Notes under the pieces: generated by a model
Told to the model about the DNA's origin: nothing
Database searches by the model: none
The model's input: only the letters and a program-made list of their open reading frames with translations
Made by a program: the position numbers and the translations under genes
Assembly (NCBI RefSeq): GCF_009914755.1
Contig: NC_060933.1
From: the human T2T-CHM13v2.0 reference genome, Homo sapiens
Length of the DNA: 64,000 nt
Reading direction: 5' to 3' (one strand)
In this document: positions 26,501 through 39,800 of the stretch, piece after piece
How positions within the stretch are numbered: position 1 is the first letter of the stretch
Layout of the letters: each line of letters starts with the position of its first letter

Positions 26501-28403
26501 CCGAATAGAATGGAATGCAATGGAATGGAACGGAATGTAATGGAATGGAATGGAATGGAATCAACCCGAGTGCAGGGGAATGGAATGGAATGGAATGCAA
26601 TGGAATGGAATCATTCGGAATGGAATGGAATGGAATCAACGCGATTTCAATGGAATGGAATGGAATAGAATGGAATGGAATTAACACGAAAAGAATGGAA
26701 TGGAATGGAATGGAATCAACCCAAGTGCAGGGGAATGGAATGGAATGGAATTCAATGGAATGGAATCATCCGGAATGGAATAGAATGGAATGGAATGGAA
26801 TGGAATGGAATGGAATGGAATGGAATGGAATCAACCCGAGTGCAATGGAATGGAGAGGAATGGAATGCAATGGAATGGAAACTACCCGAATGGAATATAA
26901 TGTAATGGAGTGTAAGGGAATTGAATAGAATCAATCCGAATGTAATGAAATGGAATGGAACGGAATGGAATGGAATGGAATGGAATGGAATGGAATGCAA
27001 TGGAACGGAATTAACCCGAGTGCAATCGAATGGAATCGAATGGAATGGAATGCAATGGAATGGATTCAACTTGAATGGAATGGAAAGAATGGAATCAACA
27101 CGAGTGGAATGGCATGGATTGGAATGGAATGGAATGGAATCAACCCGAGTACAGGGGAATGGAATGGAATGGAATGCAATGGAATGGAATCTTCCGGAAT
27201 GGAAAGGAATGGAATGGAATGGAATGGAATCAACTCGATTGCAATCGCATGGAATGGAATGGAATTAACCCGAATAGAATGGAATGGAATGGAATGGAAC
27301 GGAACGGAACGGAACGGAATGGAATGGAATGGAATGGAATGGAACGGAATGGAACGGAATGGAATGGAATGGAATGCAATGGAATGGAATCTTCCGGAAT
27401 GGAATGGAATGGAATGGAATGGAATGCAATGGATTCAACTCGATTGCAATGGAATGGAATAGAATGGAATGGAATGGAATGGAATGGAATTAACCCGAAT
27501 AGAATGGAATGGAATGGAACGGAACGGAACGGAACGGAATGGAATGGAAAGGAATGGAATGGAATGGAATGGAATGGAATTGTATGGAATGGAATGGAAT
27601 GGTACGGAATAGAATGGAATGGAAAGAATTGGAATGGAATGGAATGGAATGGAATGGAATGGAATGGAATGGAATCAACCCGAGTGCAGGGGAATGTAAT
27701 GGAACGGAATGCAATTGAATGGAATCATCCGGAATGGAATGGAATGGAATGGAATGGAATGGAGTGGAATGGAATGGAATCAACCTGAGTGCAATGGAAT
27801 GGAGTGGAATGGAATGGAATGGAATGGAACAACCCGAATAGAATGGAATGTAATGGAGAGTAAGGGAGTTGAATAGAATCAATCCGAATGCAATGGAATG
27901 GAATGGAACGGAATGGAATGGAATGGAATTGAATGGAATGCAATGGAATGGAATCAACGCGAGTACAATGGAATGGAATGGAATGGAATGGAATGGAATG
28001 GAATGGAATGGAATCAACCTGACTGCAATGGAATGGAGAGGAATGGAATGGAATGGAATGGAATGGAATTAACCCGAATACAATGGAATGCAATGGAATG
28101 GTACGGAATGGAGTGGAATGGAATGGAATCAACCCCAGTGCAGGGGAATGGAATGGAATGGAATGGAATGGAATGGAATCATCCGGAATGGAATGGAATG
28201 GAATGGAATGCAAAGCAATGGAATCAACTCGATTGCAATGGAATGGAATGGAATGGAAAGGAATAGAATGGAATCAACCCGAGTGGAAAGGAATGGATAG
28301 GACTGGAATGGAGTGGAATGGAATGGAATGGAATGGAATGGAATCAACCCGAGTGCAATGGAATGGAGAGGAATGGAATGGAATGGAATGGAAACTACCC
28401 GAA
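23503..28403 (+). repeat. Segment duplicated ~35.6 kb downstream (copy A)
   Basis: Identical or near-identical ORF pairs: 23520/59092 (offset 35572), 24559/60141 (35582), 25288/60880 (35592), 26752/62349 and 28129/63726 (35597). Confidence 0.93.
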
Positions 28404-29729
28404 TCGAATGGAATGTAATGGAGTGTAAGGGAATTGAATAGAATCAATCCGAATGTAATGGAATGGAATGGAAAGGAATGGAATGGAATGGAATGGAATG
28501 GAATGGAATGGAATGGAATGCAATGGAATGGAATCAACCCGAGAGCAATCGAATGGAATCGAATGGATTGGAATGCAATGGAATGGATTCAACTTGAATG
28601 GAATGGAAAGAATGCAATCAACACGAGTGGAATGGCATGGATTGGAATGGAATGGAATGGAATCAACCCGAGTACAGGGGAATGGAATGGAATGGAATGC
28701 AATGGAATGGAATCATCCGTAATGTAATGGAAAGTATGGAATGGAATGGAATGGAATGGAATGGAATGAACCCGTGTGCAATGGAAAGGAATGGAATGGA
28801 ATGGAATGGATTCAACTCGAATGGAATCAACTCGATTGCAATGGAATGGAATGGAATGGAAAGGAATAGATTGGAATCAACCCGAGTGGAATGAAATGGA
28901 GAGGACTGGAATGGAGTGGAATGGAATGGAATGGAATTAACCCGAATAGAATGGAATGGAATGGAATGGAACGGAATGTAATGGAATGGAATGGAGTGTA
29001 ATCAACCCGAGTGTAGGGGAATGGAATGGAATGGAATGCAATGGAATGGAATCATCCGGAATGGAATGGAATGGAACGGAATGGAATGGAATTAAATGGA
29101 AACATCCCGAATGGAATGGAATGGAATGGAGTGTAAGGGAAATGAATAGAATCAATCCGAATGTAATGGAATGGAATGGAATGAAATGGAATGGAATGGA
29201 ATGGAATGGGATGGAATGGAATGGAATGGAATCAACCCGAGTGCAATGGAATGGATTCGAATGGAATGGAATGGAATGGAATGGATTCAACAAGAATGGA
29301 ATGGAAAGGAATGGAATCAACCCGAGTGTAATGGCATGGAATGGAATGGAATGGAATGGGATGGAATGGAATGGTACGGAATAGAATGGAAAGGAATGGA
29401 ATGGAATGGAATGGAAAGGAATGGAATGGAATGGAATGGAATGGAATGGAATGGAATGGAATGAACCCCTGTGCAATGGAAATGAATGGAATGGAATGGA
29501 ATGTATTCAACTCGAATGGAATCAACTCGATTGCAATGGAAAGGGAATGGAATGGAAAGGAATAGAATGGAATCAACCCGAGTGGAATGGAATGGAAAGG
29601 ACTGGAATGGAGTGGAATGGAATGGAATGGAATGGAATCAAATCGATTGGAATGGAATGGAATGGAATGGAATGGAATGGAATGGAATGGAATCAACTCG
29701 ATTGCAATGGAATTGAATGGAATGGAATG

Positions 29730-31150
29730 GAATGGAAGTAACCCGAATAGAATGGAATGGAATGGAATGGAACGGAATGTAATGGAATGGAATGGAATGG
29801 AATCAACCCGAGTGCAGGGGAAAGGAATGGAATGGAATGCAATGGAATGGAATTATCCGGAATGGAATGGAATGGAATGGAATGGAATGGAATCAACTCG
29901 ATTTCAATGGAATGGAATGGAATAGAATGGAATGGAATTAACACGAATAGAATGGAATGGAATGGAATGGAATGGAACGGAAAGGAATGGAATGGAATGG
30001 AATGGAATCAACCCAAGTGCAGGGGAATGGAATGGAATGGAATTCAATGGAATGGAATCATCCGGAATGGAATGGAATGGAATGCAATGGAATGGAATGG
30101 AATGGAATGGAATGGAATGGAATGGAATGGAATGGAATCAACCCGAGTGCAATGGAATGGAGAGGAATGGAATGGAATGGAATGGAAAATACCCCATTGG
30201 AATGGAAAGCAATGGAGTGTACGGGAATTGAATAGAATCAATCCGAATGTAATGGAATGGAATGGAAAGGAATGGAATGGAATGGAATGGAATGGAAAGG
30301 AATCAACTCGATTGCAATCGCATGGAATGGAATGGAATTAACCCGAATAGAATGGAATGGAATGGAATGGAACGGAACGGAACGGAATGGAATGGAATGG
30401 AATGGAATGGAATCAACGCGAGTGCAGGGGAATGGAATGGAATGGAATGCAATGGAATGCAATCTTCTGGAATGGAATGGAATGGAATGGAATGGAATGC
30501 AATGGATTCAACACGATTGCAATGGAATGGAATAGAATGGAATGGAATGGAATGGAATGGAATTAACCCGAATAGAATGGAATGGAATTGAATGGAACTG
30601 AACGGAACGGAACGGAACGGAACAGAATGCAATGGAATGCAATGGAATGGAAGTAACCCGAATAGAATGGAATGGAATGGAATGGAACGGAATGTAATGG
30701 AATGGAATGGAATGGAATCAACCCGAGTGCAGGGGAAAGGAATGGAATGGAATGCAATGGAATGGAATCATCTGGAATGGAATGGAATGCAATGGAATGG
30801 AATGGAATGGAATGGAATGGAATGGAATCAACTCGATTTCAATGGAATGGAATGGAATAGAATGGAATGGAATTAACACGAATAGAATGGAATGGAATGG
30901 AATGGAATGGAACGGAAAGGAATGGAATGGAATGGAATGGAATCAACCCAAGTGCAGGGGACTGGAATGGAATGGAGTTCAATGGAATGGAATCATCCGG
31001 AATGGAATGGAATGGAAGGCAATGGAATGGAATGGAATGGAATCAACCCGAGTGCAATGGAATGGAGAGGAATGGAATGGAATGGAATGGAAACTACCCG
31101 AATGGAATGGAATGTAATGGAGTGTAAGGGAATTGAATAGAATCAATCCG
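29730..31150 (+). repeat. Internal ~0.5 kb module repeated at ~915-935 bp offset (also present in copy 2 at ~37,980-39,395)
   Basis: AAGTAACCCGAATAG at 29736 and 30651, each followed by GCAGGGGAAAGG, CTCGATTTCAAT, TTAACACGAATAG, CCCAAGTGCAGGGG and TTCAATGG. ORF pair 29932/30867. Confidence 0.82.
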
Positions 31151-33264
31151 AATGTAATGGAATGGAATGGAAAGAATGGAATGGAACGTAATGGAATGGA
31201 AAGGAATGGAATGGAATGCAATGGAATGGAATCAACCCGAGTGCAATCGAATGGAATCGAATGGAATGGAATGCAATGGAATGGATTCAACTTGAATGGA
31301 ATGGAAAGAATGGAATCAACACGAGTGGAATGGCATGGATTGGAATGGAATGGAATGGAATCAATCCGAGTACAGCGGAATGGAATGGAATGGAATGCAA
31401 TGGAATGGAATCATCCGTAATGGAATGGAAAGGAATGGAATGGAATGGAATGGAATGGAATGCAATGGAATGGAATGGAATCAACTCGATTGCAATGGAA
31501 TGGAATGGAATGGAATGGAATGGAATGGAATGGAATGGAACCGAATGGAATAGAATGGAATGGAATGGAATCAACCCGAGTGCAGGGGAATGGAATGGAA
31601 TGTAATGCAATGGAATGGAATCAACAGGAATTGAATGGAATGGAATGGAATGGAATGGAATAGAACGCAATGGAATGGAATGGAATCAACCCGAGTGCAA
31701 TGGAATGGAGTGGAATGGAATGGAATGGAATGGAAACTACCGAAATGGAATGGAATGTAATGGAGTGAAGGGAATTGAATAGAATCAATCCTAATGTAAT
31801 GGAATGGAATGGGACGGAATGGAATGGAATGGAACATAATGAAATGGAATGCAATGGAATGGAATGGAATCAACCCGAGTGCAATGGAATGGAATGGAAT
31901 GGAATGGAATGGAATTGAATGGAACGGAATGGAATGGATTCAACCCGAATGGAATGGAAAGGAACGGAATCAACCCGAGTGGAATGGCATGGAATGGAAT
32001 GCAATGGAATGGAACGGAATGGAATCAACTCGAGTGGAATGGAATGGAATGGAATGGAAAGGAATGGAAAGAAATCAACTCGAGTGGAATGGAATGGAAT
32101 GGAATGGATTGGAATGGATTGCAATGGAATGAAATGGAATGGAATGGAATGGAATCAATCATTCCGAGTGGAATGGAAGGGAATGTAATGTAGTGGAAGG
32201 AAGGGAATGGAATCAACCCGAGTGGAATGCAAGGTAATGGAATGGAATGGAAAGGAATGGAATGGAATCAACTCGACTGCATTAGAATGGAATGGATTGG
32301 AATGGAATGGAATGGAATGGAATGGAATTAACCCGAATAGAATGGAACGGAATGGAATGGAACGGAATGGAATGGCATGGAAAGGAATGGAATCAACCCG
32401 AGTGCAGGGGAATGGAATGGAATGGAATGCAATGGAATGGAATCATCCGGAATGGAATGGAATGGAATGGAATCAACTCCATTGCAATGGAATGGAATGG
32501 AAAGGAATGGAATAGAATGGAATGGAATTAATCCGAATAGAATTTAATGGAATAGAATGGAATGGAACGGAACCGAATGGAGTGGAATGGAATGGAATGG
32601 AATTAACCCGAGTGAAGGGGAATGGAATGGAATGGAATGCAATGGAATGGAATCATCCGGAATGGAATGGAATGGAATGGAATGAAATCAAACCGAGTGC
32701 AATGGAATGGAGTGAAATGGAATGGAATGGAATGGAAACAACCAGAATGGATTGGAATATAATGGAGTGTAAGGGAATTGAATAGAATCAATCTGAATTT
32801 AATGAAATGGAATGGAACGGAATGGAATGGAATGGAATGGAATCGAATGGAATGGAATAGAATGGAATCAACCCGAGTGCAATGGAATGGATTCGAATGG
32901 AATGGAATGGAGTGGAATGGATTCAACCCGAATGGAATGGAAAGGAATGGAATCAACCCGAGTGAAATGGCATGGAATGGAATGGAATGGAATGGAATGG
33001 AATGGAATGGAATGGAATGGTTCGGAACAGAATGGATTGGAACAAAATGGAATGGTATGGAATGGAATGGAATCAACTCGATTGCAATGGAATGGAATGC
33101 AATGGAATAGAACGGATAGGAATGGAATGGAATGGAATGTAATTAAATGGAATGGAATGGATTGGAATAAACCCGAGTGCAGTGGAATGGAATGGAATGG
33201 AATGCAAAGGAATGGAATCAACCGGTATGGAATGGAATGGAATGGAATGGAATGGAATGGAATG

Positions 33265-33800
33265 GAATCAACACGAGTGCAGTGGTATGGAAAGGAATGG
33301 AATGGAATGGAATGGAATGGAATGGAATGGAATGGAATGGATTCAACCCGAATGGAATGGAAAGAAATGGAATCAAACCGAGTGGAATGGCATGGAATGG
33401 AATGGAATGGAATGGTATGGAATAGAATGGAATGGAACGAAATGGAATGGAATGGAAGGGAATGGAATGGAATGGAATGGAATGGAATGGAATTAAATGG
33501 AATGGAATGGAACGGAATGGAATGGAATGAAATGGAATGGAATGGAATCGAATGGAATGGAATGGAATGGAATCAACCCGAGTGCAATAGTATGGAAAGG
33601 AATGGAATGGAATGGAAGGGAATGGAATGGAATGGATTCAACCCGAATGGAATGGAAAGGAATGGAATCAAACCGAGTGGAATGGCATGGAATGGAATGG
33701 AATGGAATGGTATGGAATGGAATGGAAAGGAATGGTATGGAATAGAATGGAATGGAACGAAATGGAATAGGATGGAATGGAATGGAATGGAATGGAATGG
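33265..33800 (+). repeat. Local ~295 bp tandem duplication (mirrored at ~41,515-42,050)
   Basis: ATTCAACCCGAAT...ATCAAACCGAGTGGAATGGCATGG...GGTATGGAATAGAATGGAATGGAACGAAAT at 33341 and 33636. Confidence 0.75.
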
Positions 33801-33872
33801 AATGGAATGAAATGGAATGGAATGGAACGGAATGAACCCGTGTGCAATGTAATGGAATGGAATGGAATGGAA

Positions 33873-36800
33873 CGGAATAGAATGGAATGGAATGGAATGG
33901 AATCAACCCGACTGCAGGGGAATGAAATGGAATGGAATGCAATGGAATGGAATCATCCGGAACGGAATGGAATGGAATGGAAAGGAATCAACTCGATTGC
34001 AATGGAATGGAATGGAATGGAATGGAATGGAATGGAATGGAATGGAATGGAATGGAATTAACCCGAATAGAATGGAATGAATGGAATGGAAAGGAATGGA
34101 AGGTAATGGAAAGGAATGTAATCAACCCGAGTGCAGGGGAATGGAATGGAATGGAATGCAATGGAATGGAATCATCCGGAATGGAATGGAATGGAATGGA
34201 ATGCAATCAACCCGATGCAATTGAATGGAGTGGAATGGAATGGAATGGAATGGAAACATCTCGAATGGAATGGAATGTAATGGAGTGTAAGGGAATTGAA
34301 TAGAATCAATCCGAATGTAATGGAATGGAATGGAATGAAATGGAATGGAATGGAATGGAATGGAATCAACCCGAGTGCAATGGAAAGGATTCGAATGGAA
34401 TGGAATGGAATGGAATGGATTCAAGAAGAATGGAATGGAAAGGAATGGAATCAAACCAAGTGTAATGGCATGGAATGGAATGGAATGGAATGGGATGGAA
34501 TGGAATGGTACGGAATAGAATGTAATGGAATGAAATGGAATGGAATGGAATGGAATGAAATGGAGTAGAATTGAATGGAATGAACCCGTGTGCAATGGAA
34601 TGGAATGGAATGGAATGGAATGGATTCAACTCGAATGGAATCAACTAAATTGCAATGGAATGGAATGGAATGGAAAGGAATAGAATGGAATCAACCCGAG
34701 TGGAATGGAATGGAAAGGACTGGAATGGAGTGGAATGGAATTGAATGGAATTAACCCGAATAGAATGGAATGCAATGGAATGGAACGGAATGTAATGGAA
34801 TGGAATGGAATGGAATCAACCCGAGTGCAGGGGAATGGAATGGAATGGAATGCAATGGAATGGAATCATTCGGAATGGAATGGAATGGAATCAACGCGAT
34901 TTCAATGGAATGGAATGGAATAGAATGGAATGGAATTAACACGAAAAGAATGGAATGGAATGGAATGGAATCAACCCAAGTGCAGGGGAATGGAATGGAA
35001 TGGAATTCAATGGAATGGAATCATCCGGAATGGAATAGAATGGAATGGAATGGAATGGAATGGAATGGAATGGAATGGAATGGAATCAACCCGAGTGCAA
35101 TGGAATGGAGAGGAATGGAATGCAATGGAATGGAAACTACCCGAATGGAATATAATGTAATGGAGTGTAAGGGAATTGAATAGAATCAATCCGAATGTAA
35201 TGAAATGGAATGGAACGGAATGGAATGGAATGGAATGGAATGGAATGGAATGCAATGGAACGGAATTAACCCGAGTGCAATCGAATGGAATCGAATGGAA
35301 TGGAATGCAATGGAATGGATTCAACTTGAATGGAATGGAAAGAATGGAATCAACACGAGTGGAATGGCATGGATTGGAATGGAATGGAATGGAATCAACC
35401 CGAGTACAGGGGAATGGAATGGAATGGAATGCAATGGAATGGAATCTTCCGGAATGGAAAGGAATGGAATGGAATGGAATGGAATCAACTCGATTGCAAT
35501 CGCATGGAATGGAATGGAATTAACCCGAATAGAATGGAATGGAATGGAATGGAACGGAACGGAACGGAACGGAATGGAATGGAATGGAATGGAATGGAAC
35601 GGAATGGAACGGAATGGAATGGAATGGAATGCAATGGAATGGAATCTTCCGGAATGGAATGGAATGGAATGGAATGGAATGCAATGGATTCAACTCGATT
35701 GCAATGGAATGGAATAGAATGGAATGGAATGGAATGGAATGGAATTAACCCGAATAGAATGGAATGGAATGGAACGGAACGGAACGGAACGGAATGGAAT
35801 GGAAAGGAATGGAATGGAATGGAATGGAATGGAATTGTATGGAATGGAATGGAATGGTACGGAATAGAATGGAATGGAAAGAATTGGAATGGAATGGAAT
35901 GGAATGGAATGGAATGGAATGGAATGGAATCAACCCGAGTGCAGGGGAATGTAATGGAACGGAATGCAATTGAATGGAATCATCCGGAATGGAATGGAAT
36001 GGAATGGAATGGAATGGAGTGGAATGGAATGGAATCAACCTGAGTGCAATGGAATGGAGTGGAATGGAATGGAATGGAATGGAACAACCCGAATAGAATG
36101 GAATGTAATGGAGAGTAAGGGAGTTGAATAGAATCAATCCGAATGCAATGGAATGGAATGGAACGGAATGGAATGGAATGGAATTGAATGGAATGCAATG
36201 GAATGGAATCAACGCGAGTACAATGGAATGGAATGGAATGGAATGGAATGGAATGGAATGGAATGGAATCAACCTGACTGCAATGGAATGGAGAGGAATG
36301 GAATGGAATGGAATGGAATGGAATTAACCCGAATACAATGGAATGCAATGGAATGGTACGGAATGGAGTGGAATGGAATGGAATCAACCCCAGTGCAGGG
36401 GAATGGAATGGAATGGAATGGAATGGAATGGAATCATCCGGAATGGAATGGAATGGAATGGAATGCAAAGCAATGGAATCAACTCGATTGCAATGGAATG
36501 GAATGGAATGGAAAGGAATAGAATGGAATCAACCCGAGTGGAAAGGAATGGATAGGACTGGAATGGAGTGGAATGGAATGGAATGGAATGGAATGGAATC
36601 AACCCGAGTGCAATGGAATGGAGAGGAATGGAATGGAATGGAATGGAAACTACCCGAATCGAATGGAATGTAATGGAGTGTAAGGGAATTGAATAGAATC
36701 AATCCGAATGTAATGGAATGGAATGGAAAGGAATGGAATGGAATGGAATGGAATGGAATGGAATGGAATGGAATGCAATGGAATGGAATCAACCCGAGAG

Positions 36801-39800
36801 CAATCGAATGGAATCGAATGGATTGGAATGCAATGGAATGGATTCAACTTGAATGGAATGGAAAGAATGCAATCAACACGAGTGGAATGGCATGGATTGG
36901 AATGGAATGGAATGGAATCAACCCGAGTACAGGGGAATGGAATGGAATGGAATGCAATGGAATGGAATCATCCGTAATGTAATGGAAAGTATGGAATGGA
37001 ATGGAATGGAATGGAATGGAATGAACCCGTGTGCAATGGAAAGGAATGGAATGGAATGGAATGGATTCAACTCGAATGGAATCAACTCGATTGCAATGGA
37101 ATGGAATGGAATGGAAAGGAATAGATTGGAATCAACCCGAGTGGAATGAAATGGAGAGGACTGGAATGGAGTGGAATGGAATGGAATGGAATTAACCCGA
37201 ATAGAATGGAATGGAATGGAATGGAACGGAATGTAATGGAATGGAATGGAGTGTAATCAACCCGAGTGTAGGGGAATGGAATGGAATGGAATGCAATGGA
37301 ATGGAATCATCCGGAATGGAATGGAATGGAACGGAATGGAATGGAATTAAATGGAAACATCCCGAATGGAATGGAATGGAATGGAGTGTAAGGGAAATGA
37401 ATAGAATCAATCCGAATGTAATGGAATGGAATGGAATGAAATGGAATGGAATGGAATGGAATGGGATGGAATGGAATGGAATGGAATCAACCCGAGTGCA
37501 ATGGAATGGATTCGAATGGAATGGAATGGAATGGAATGGATTCAACAAGAATGGAATGGAAAGGAATGGAATCAACCCGAGTGTAATGGCATGGAATGGA
37601 ATGGAATGGAATGGGATGGAATGGAATGGTACGGAATAGAATGGAAAGGAATGGAATGGAATGGAATGGAAAGGAATGGAATGGAATGGAATGGAATGGA
37701 ATGGAATGGAATGGAATGAACCCCTGTGCAATGGAAATGAATGGAATGGAATGGAATGTATTCAACTCGAATGGAATCAACTCGATTGCAATGGAAAGGG
37801 AATGGAATGGAAAGGAATAGAATGGAATCAACCCGAGTGGAATGGAATGGAAAGGACTGGAATGGAGTGGAATGGAATGGAATGGAATGGAATCAAATCG
37901 ATTGGAATGGAATGGAATGGAATGGAATGGAATGGAATGGAATCAACTCGATTGCAATGGAATTGAATGGAATGGAATGGAATGGAAGTAACCCGAATAG
38001 AATGGAATGGAATGGAATGGAACGGAATGTAATGGAATGGAATGGAATGGAATCAACCCGAGTGCAGGGGAAAGGAATGGAATGGAATGCAATGGAATGG
38101 AATTATCCGGAATGGAATGGAATGGAATGGAATGGAATGGAATCAACTCGATTTCAATGGAATGGAATGGAATAGAATGGAATGGAATTAACACGAATAG
38201 AATGGAATGGAATGGAATGGAATGGAACGGAAAGGAATGGAATGGAATGGAATGGAATCAACCCAAGTGCAGGGGAATGGAATGGAATGGAATTCAATGG
38301 AATGGAATCATCCGGAATGGAATGGAATGGAATGCAATGGAATGGAATGGAATGGAATGGAATGGAATGGAATGGAATGGAATCAACCCGAGTGCAATGG
38401 AATGGAGAGGAATGGAATGGAATGGAATGGAAAATACCCCATTGGAATGGAAAGCAATGGAGTGTACGGGAATTGAATAGAATCAATCCGAATGTAATGG
38501 AATGGAATGGAAAGGAATGGAATGGAATGGAATGGAATGGAAAGGAATCAACTCGATTGCAATCGCATGGAATGGAATGGAATTAACCCGAATAGAATGG
38601 AATGGAATGGAATGGAACGGAACGGAACGGAATGGAATGGAATGGAATGGAATGGAATCAACGCGAGTGCAGGGGAATGGAATGGAATGGAATGCAATGG
38701 AATGCAATCTTCTGGAATGGAATGGAATGGAATGGAATGGAATGCAATGGATTCAACACGATTGCAATGGAATGGAATAGAATGGAATGGAATGGAATGG
38801 AATGGAATTAACCCGAATAGAATGGAATGGAATTGAATGGAACTGAACGGAACGGAACGGAACGGAACAGAATGCAATGGAATGCAATGGAATGGAAGTA
38901 ACCCGAATAGAATGGAATGGAATGGAATGGAACGGAATGTAATGGAATGGAATGGAATGGAATCAACCCGAGTGCAGGGGAAAGGAATGGAATGGAATGC
39001 AATGGAATGGAATCATCTGGAATGGAATGGAATGCAATGGAATGGAATGGAATGGAATGGAATGGAATGGAATCAACTCGATTTCAATGGAATGGAATGG
39101 AATAGAATGGAATGGAATTAACACGAATAGAATGGAATGGAATGGAATGGAATGGAACGGAAAGGAATGGAATGGAATGGAATGGAATCAACCCAAGTGC
39201 AGGGGACTGGAATGGAATGGAGTTCAATGGAATGGAATCATCCGGAATGGAATGGAATGGAAGGCAATGGAATGGAATGGAATGGAATCAACCCGAGTGC
39301 AATGGAATGGAGAGGAATGGAATGGAATGGAATGGAAACTACCCGAATGGAATGGAATGTAATGGAGTGTAAGGGAATTGAATAGAATCAATCCGAATGT
39401 AATGGAATGGAATGGAAAGAATGGAATGGAACGTAATGGAATGGAAAGGAATGGAATGGAATGCAATGGAATGGAATCAACCCGAGTGCAATCGAATGGA
39501 ATCGAATGGAATGGAATGCAATGGAATGGATTCAACTTGAATGGAATGGAAAGAATGGAATCAACACGAGTGGAATGGCATGGATTGGAATGGAATGGAA
39601 TGGAATCAATCCGAGTACAGCGGAATGGAATGGAATGGAATGCAATGGAATGGAATCATCCGTAATGGAATGGAAAGGAATGGAATGGAATGGAATGGAA
39701 TGGAATGCAATGGAATGGAATGGAATCAACTCGATTGCAATGGAATGGAATGGAATGGAATGGAATGGAATGGAATGGAATGGAATGGAACCGAATGGAA

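Larger units (their letters stand above)
25623..33872 (+). repeat. ~8.25 kb tandem macro-repeat, copy 1
   Basis: Dozens of identical ORF pairs: 25867/34122 (offset 8255), 29693/37943 (8250), 30238/38483 (8245), 31571/39821 and 33497/41747 (8250). Private markers such as CAACTAAATT, AATACCCCATTGG, CAACAGGAATTG and GGTTCGGAACAG recur at the same offset. Confidence 0.96.
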
